A stretch of 64,000 nt of DNA from positions 32,001 to 96,000 of the forward strand of contig CAWJQU010000004.1 of assembly GCA_963845145.1 (NCBI GenBank). The letters run 5' to 3'. The notes below the pieces were generated by a model. It had not been told where the DNA came from. It worked only from the letters and a program-made list of their open reading frames with translations, and did no database searches. Positions 59,878 through 64,000 of the stretch are shown here, piece after piece (position 1 is the stretch's first letter; each line of letters opens with the position of its first letter). The DNA comes from an uncultured delta proteobacterium. GTDB lineage: Bacteria; Desulfobacterota; Desulfobacteria; Desulfobacterales; QNYZ01. The translations under genes were made by a program, and so were the position numbers.

Positions 59878-60543
59878 TTAAACCGCCAGATCGATGGCAA
59901 GACCTTTTTCTACAGAAGGATGGGTGGGTTTATCGTATGGGGACGCCGTGTCGTGTTCGTCAGGCGAGGGTTCATCGCTACTGTTTTTTTCCGTGGCTTC
60001 CCGGCTTTCCTCCATTTTTTGAGCCCGTGCATCCGCTTCGGTCTGTGCCGCCTGGGCTGCCACGGATCGATCCTGGCCGGAGGGGTTCGAAGGGGCCAGC
60101 GCGGCTCGTTTTACTTGCTGCATTTTGCGAATGGTGGCGTTGGGGTCATTTTCCGGAGAGGTGTCGATACTGACTTCGCCGCCTACGGCATACATTCTGC
60201 CATCCGGTCCTCTTGTATAGGTGAAACTGGCGCCACCCTGGACTAATCCTGATCCGGCGGCAAGGTGTGCCTGTTCGTGGGCTTTGGTTTCCAAGTCAAC
60301 CCTTTTGAGTTGTTCGACTGTTCTTTTATCTTCTTCGCTTAGCTGCTCTTTCCCCGGAGGGTCTGTACCTGTTTCGCTTTCCTTTTTTTGGAGCTCTTTA
60401 GCCGTGTCTGAAATTTTTACCAGAACATCGCCGGATTCAACCGCTGAACTGACCGGCTTTTTCTGGGTGCTTTTGTACCCTTGCGAACGACTTTGTGGGT
60501 ATTCACCCACGATGGGAGAAATATGGTTGAGTTCAGTGATCAA
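59878..60543 (-). CDS. SprA-related family protein
   Basis: LK..D.E..AHEQAH...G, FTY.RGPDGRMYAVGGEVSID, TI.KM.QV.RAALAP..PS.QD.SVA. Confidence 0.82.
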   Translation of the reverse strand: MITELNHISPIVGEYPQSRSQGYKSTQKKPVSSAVESGDVLVKISDTAKELQKKESETGTDPPGKEQLSEEDKRTVEQLKRVDLETKAHEQAHLAAGSGLVQGGASFTYTRGPDGRMYAVGGEVSIDTSPENDPNATIRKMQQVKRAALAPSNPSGQDRSVAAQAAQTEADARAQKMEESREATEKNSSDEPSPDEHDTASPYDKPTHPSVEKGLAIDLAV

Positions 60544-60569
60544 AGTGTTGTTCGTCCGGCAAAATTATA

Positions 60570-60728
60570 CCTAAGCTGAGCGATTTTTTGTGAAGCTATG
60601 TGCCAAGATATTGAGATGATAAGGTTTTCAAAAAACGGAGGCATACCCTTTGGATATGCCGAGTATTTTTGAAAGCCTTAGCGCTCAATAGATTGGTGCA
60701 GAGCGAGTAAAAAACCGCTCAATTTAGG
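60570..60728. mobile_element. Long imperfect palindromic (MITE-like) element, family C
   Basis: CCTAAGCTGAGCG...CGCTCAATTTAGG, inner arms AAGGTTTTCAAAAA/TTTTTGAAAGCCTT and GGCATA/TATGCC; flanked by TTATA on both sides. Confidence 0.7.
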
Positions 60729-61074
60729 TTATAGTTAGTTGCTTTCAAGCCGCTACCAAAGAAAACAAAATCGTAATGGCATCCCTGTGCCAAAATCCAT
60801 CCCGCCATTTATATTATCGGTATTTTAACATGATCACTTTAGCTTTTTTTTGGGAACGATCTAAAAGAGCTGAGAAAGACCCGGCAAGACATTATCAGGA
60901 AAGCGTTTTATTATGATATCATTATATTATATGTTTTTTCATAAAAGGTGATTGTTCCGGTGGATTTTCCTTCGTGATACGAAACTCACAGAAGGTGTTG
61001 CCGGTATTTGCGGTACTTGATATTAGAAACAGAAAATAATTTTTCCTATTCCCGCGAGCAAACAAGGAGATCCC

Positions 61075-61419
61075 ATGAGTGACAATAACCATCTCTATAT
61101 CCTCTGGACCAACGGCGACCCCATCACTTCGGAGAAAATGGTGTTTATGTACGGGATAAATGCACTACGTCATAAATGGTGGGAAAAAGTCACACTCATC
61201 GTCTGGGGGGCACCCTCAGTTCTCGCTACGGAATCTTCAGCCATTCAGGGCAAGATCAAAGAGGCGCTGGAAGAGGGGGTTTATTTGACGGCATGTAAAG
61301 CATGTGCGGATCAGTTGGGCGTTTCAGATAAGCTGGCTAAAATGGGGATCGAGGTTCAGTATACGGGAGAGCTATTAACCAATATCTTGAAAAATAATGA
61401 GACATTGCTCACTGTTTAA
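61075..61419 (+). CDS. DsrE-family protein
   Basis: LYILWTN, V.LIVWGA, ACKACADQLGV; AAGGAG SD. Confidence 0.82.
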   Translation: MSDNNHLYILWTNGDPITSEKMVFMYGINALRHKWWEKVTLIVWGAPSVLATESSAIQGKIKEALEEGVYLTACKACADQLGVSDKLAKMGIEVQYTGELLTNILKNNETLLTV

Positions 61420-61886
61420 CCTGTGACTTCGATACATACTGTTTCATCGTTAAGTCAGGCTCCGGGAAACAACATTGATTGAAGGCTGTCCGGTGGAACC
61501 CAAATCAGAAAAGAATTTTTCTCCGGCATTTAAACGGGCAGTGACACCAAAATTACTTCTGATCACTGGACATATGAAATCTGCTCGTCACTCGGTAACG
61601 TGGTCGATCATGCGGTTGGAAATATGATAACCTAAATAATCCGTAACCACCCAGTCCGCGGCAGAGAATACCCGTCTGTATAAACCTTCCCTACTTTTGA
61701 GGCTCACTGCACCACATCACAATGACAGTCAACCATAGGGGCGATGATATCACATATTGACTACGATCGCGGTTCTCTGCCGGGTAATGGTCGACCGATA
61801 TTGTAACCCCGTCACCCGGCTATGGGATGCGCTTGTTAACTCCCCGGATAAGATTTTTCCATTATTGGGTAATGGGAGCGCACATT

Positions 61887-63566
61887 CTATCGGGTCAACT
61901 GTCGGTATTTGATCCGGTGCGGCCGACCGGCTTCGGCTCCCAGCCGTTTTTTGAGGTCGGCTTCGTAATCCGACCAATTGCCTTGTAGAAAAACCGTTCG
62001 GCTATCCCCTTCAAAGGCCAGGATGTGGGTGGCAATGCGATCGAGGAACCAGCGGTCATGGCTGATCACGACGGCACAGCCGCCGAAGTTCTCCAGGGCC
62101 TCTTCCAGGGCGCGCAGCGTATTGACGTCCAGGTCGTTGGTGGGTTCGTCCAGCAGGATCACATTGGCCCCCTGCCTAAGGATTTTGGCCAGATGTACCC
62201 GGTTGCGCTGGCCTCCGGATATGGCCTTGGTCTTTTTTTGTTGATCCGACCCTGAAAAGTTGAACCGGGAGACATAGGCCCGGGAATTGATCAGTTGATC
62301 GCCCAGCTCGATCTGCTCATTGCCGCCGGTGATCTCCTCCCAAATGCTCTTTTCAGGATCGAGTTCACGACTCTGATCGACATAGGCCAGCTTGACCGTG
62401 TCACCGATTCGGATGGTGCCGCTGTCGGGGTTTTCCAGACCAGTGATCATATTGAAAAGGGTTGATTTCCCGGCACCATTGGGGCCGATGACGCCGACGA
62501 TACCCCCCGGGGGGAGGTTGAAGCTCATATCTTCCACCAACAGGCGATTTTCAAAGGCTTTACTGACCTTGTCCGCCTCGATTACAACGTCTCCCAGGCG
62601 TGGCCCGGGAGGGATGTAAAGCTCGAGAGCCTTTTCATGCATTTCCGTTTGTTGGGATAGCAGCTTTTCATAGGCACTGATGCGGGCCTGGCTCTTGGCA
62701 TGCCGCCCTTTGGGAGACATGCGAATCCATTCCAGCTCACGCTCCAATGTCTTTTGCCGGGCGCTTTGACTTTTTTCTTCGCGGCGTAACCGCTCCTGCT
62801 TTTGTTCCAGCCAGCTGGAGTAGTTCCCCTTCCAGGGAATCCCTTCGCCACGATCGAGTTCGAGAATCCATCCGGCCACGTTGTCGAGGAAATAACGATC
62901 ATGGGTGACAGCGATGACGGTTCCCGGATAGCGCTGTAAATGCTGTTCGAGCCAGGCCACACTCTCGGCGTCGAGATGGTTGGTGGGTTCGTCCAGAAGC
63001 AGAATGTCGGGCTTTTGCAGCAGCAACCGGCACAGGGCCACCCGCCGCTTCTCCCCACCCGAAAGTATATTTACCCTCGTATCCGAAGGCGGGCAGCGCA
63101 GGGCATCCATGGCCATTTCCAAGCGTGCGTCCAAGTCCCAGGCATCTCGATCGTCAAGGGCTTCCTGCACCTGTCCCTGGCGTTCAATCAGCGCATTCAT
63201 CTTGTCGTCATCCATGGGCTCGGCAAATTTCATATTGATGTCTTCGAATTCGGCCAGAAGATCGACTGTTTCCTGGACCCCTTCCTCCACCACTTGCCGC
63301 ACCGTCTTGTCCACGTCCACCAAGGGTTCCTGCTCGAGATAACCCACGGTATGGCCCTGTGAAAGGATCGTCTCGCCGTTGAATTTTGTGTCCACACCGG
63401 CAAGGATTCGGAGCAAGGACGTTTTGCCCGAACCATTTAAACCGAGAACCCCGATTTTTGCACCGTAGAAGTAGGAGAGAGAAATGTCCTTTAAAACCGG
63501 TTTTTTATCGTAAAATTTGCTGACCCTGATCATCGAATAGATGACTTTATCGGGCTCGTTTCCCAT
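61887..63566 (-). CDS. ettA: Energy-dependent translational throttle protein (ABC-F)
   Basis: GAKIGVLGLNGSGK, LSGGEKRRVALCRLLL, DEPTNHLDAESV.WLE, ELEWIR.SPKGR.AK, second ABC domain, HRIKY C-terminus. Confidence 0.95.
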   Translation of the reverse strand: MGNEPDKVIYSMIRVSKFYDKKPVLKDISLSYFYGAKIGVLGLNGSGKTSLLRILAGVDTKFNGETILSQGHTVGYLEQEPLVDVDKTVRQVVEEGVQETVDLLAEFEDINMKFAEPMDDDKMNALIERQGQVQEALDDRDAWDLDARLEMAMDALRCPPSDTRVNILSGGEKRRVALCRLLLQKPDILLLDEPTNHLDAESVAWLEQHLQRYPGTVIAVTHDRYFLDNVAGWILELDRGEGIPWKGNYSSWLEQKQERLRREEKSQSARQKTLERELEWIRMSPKGRHAKSQARISAYEKLLSQQTEMHEKALELYIPPGPRLGDVVIEADKVSKAFENRLLVEDMSFNLPPGGIVGVIGPNGAGKSTLFNMITGLENPDSGTIRIGDTVKLAYVDQSRELDPEKSIWEEITGGNEQIELGDQLINSRAYVSRFNFSGSDQQKKTKAISGGQRNRVHLAKILRQGANVILLDEPTNDLDVNTLRALEEALENFGGCAVVISHDRWFLDRIATHILAFEGDSRTVFLQGNWSDYEADLKKRLGAEAGRPHRIKYRQLTR

Positions 63567-63625
63567 GTTGGTTATCCTCCACAATAATTGGAATTAAAAT
63601 TTCAAGATAGATAGGCGGAACGATA

Positions 63626-64000
63626 CTATTTGGATTTCAAACCGGACTCATAGGCGGTGTCGACCCGCAGATCTTTGCCCATGGCCGCCCGGGTGGCCAA
63701 TACATCACAACGTTCATTACCTTCTATGCCGGCATGGCCCTTTACCCAGCAAAACGTTACATCATGTCTTTCACACAACGCCAAAAGACGCTCCCACAGA
63801 TCGGGATTTATGGCCGGTTCCTTTTTCGTCCGCATCCAATTGTTGGCTTGCCACTTTTTGGCCCACCCCTTGGTGATACCGTTGATCACATATTTAGAGT
63901 CGCTGAACAGGACCATGGAAGCCTGTGCTTCGAAATGGCTGAGCCCCACAATGCAGGCCATCAACTCCATACGGTTGTTGGTGGTCAGGCGATATCCCGC
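63626..64000 (-). CDS. rnhA: Ribonuclease HI (5' truncated by window edge)
   Basis: GYRLTTNNRMELMA, SDSKYV..GI..GWA..W, N.DLW, WVKGHAG..GNERCD.LA. Confidence 0.93.
   Translation of the reverse strand, partial: AGYRLTTNNRMELMACIVGLSHFEAQASMVLFSDSKYVINGITKGWAKKWQANNWMRTKKEPAINPDLWERLLALCERHDVTFCWVKGHAGIEGNERCDVLATRAAMGKDLRVDTAYESGLKSK

Noticed and set aside
60777..60792. sigma54 promoter TGGCATCCCTGTGC
   Set aside because: GG-to-GC spacing is 9 nt rather than 10 on both strands.
61420..61886. 467-bp gap as a gene remnant or ncRNA
   Set aside because: Only short interrupted frames, and no structure or family that I can identify.

Overview
Gene-dense chromosomal window from an anaerobic bacterium, probably Desulfobacterota/Desulfobacterales (inferred from gene content and intergenic palindromes). 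I recognised no rRNA, tRNA, CRISPR array, prophage or transposase. Blocks, left to right: (1) 0.9-15.4 kb, a minus-strand aminophosphonate cluster with pbfA, an AEP-type ABC transporter, PiT+DUF47 and phnW. It has no recognisable PhnX, PhnY/PhnA, PhnZ or C-P lyase. Instead it carries two overlapping citrate-synthase/citryl-CoA-lyase-fold genes with altered catalytic residues, a CoA-acylating (SauS-like) aldehyde dehydrogenase, a DxG-type HAD hydrolase and a PHPT1/Janus-like protein. This is the best candidate for an undescribed system: a CoA-dependent C-P cleavage route via phosphonoacetyl-CoA (inference). (2) 15.5-27.9 kb, divergent branched-chain acyl-CoA operons (liu-like genes; tetR-icmF-thiolase-hbd-acyl-CoA dehydrogenase) sharing an identical 16-bp operator. 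(3) 28-33.5 kb, a polyphosphate locus with three PPK2 genes, SixA and lysine-rich small proteins. (4) 34-46.3 kb, DDAH + polar amino-acid ABC + creatininase-family genes, then biotin carboxylase/BCCP divergent from gntR-TRAP-pxpABC. (5) 46.3-64 kb, tdh, two DUF4139-like genes, an orphan molybdopterin oxidoreductase, AMMECR1, ATL, a liv-type ABC with frameshifted livM plus a cysteine hydrolase, SprA-like, DsrE, ettA and partial rnhA. Several MITE-like palindromic elements and short tandem arrays lie between genes. All calls come from motif recognition by eye; no searches were run.
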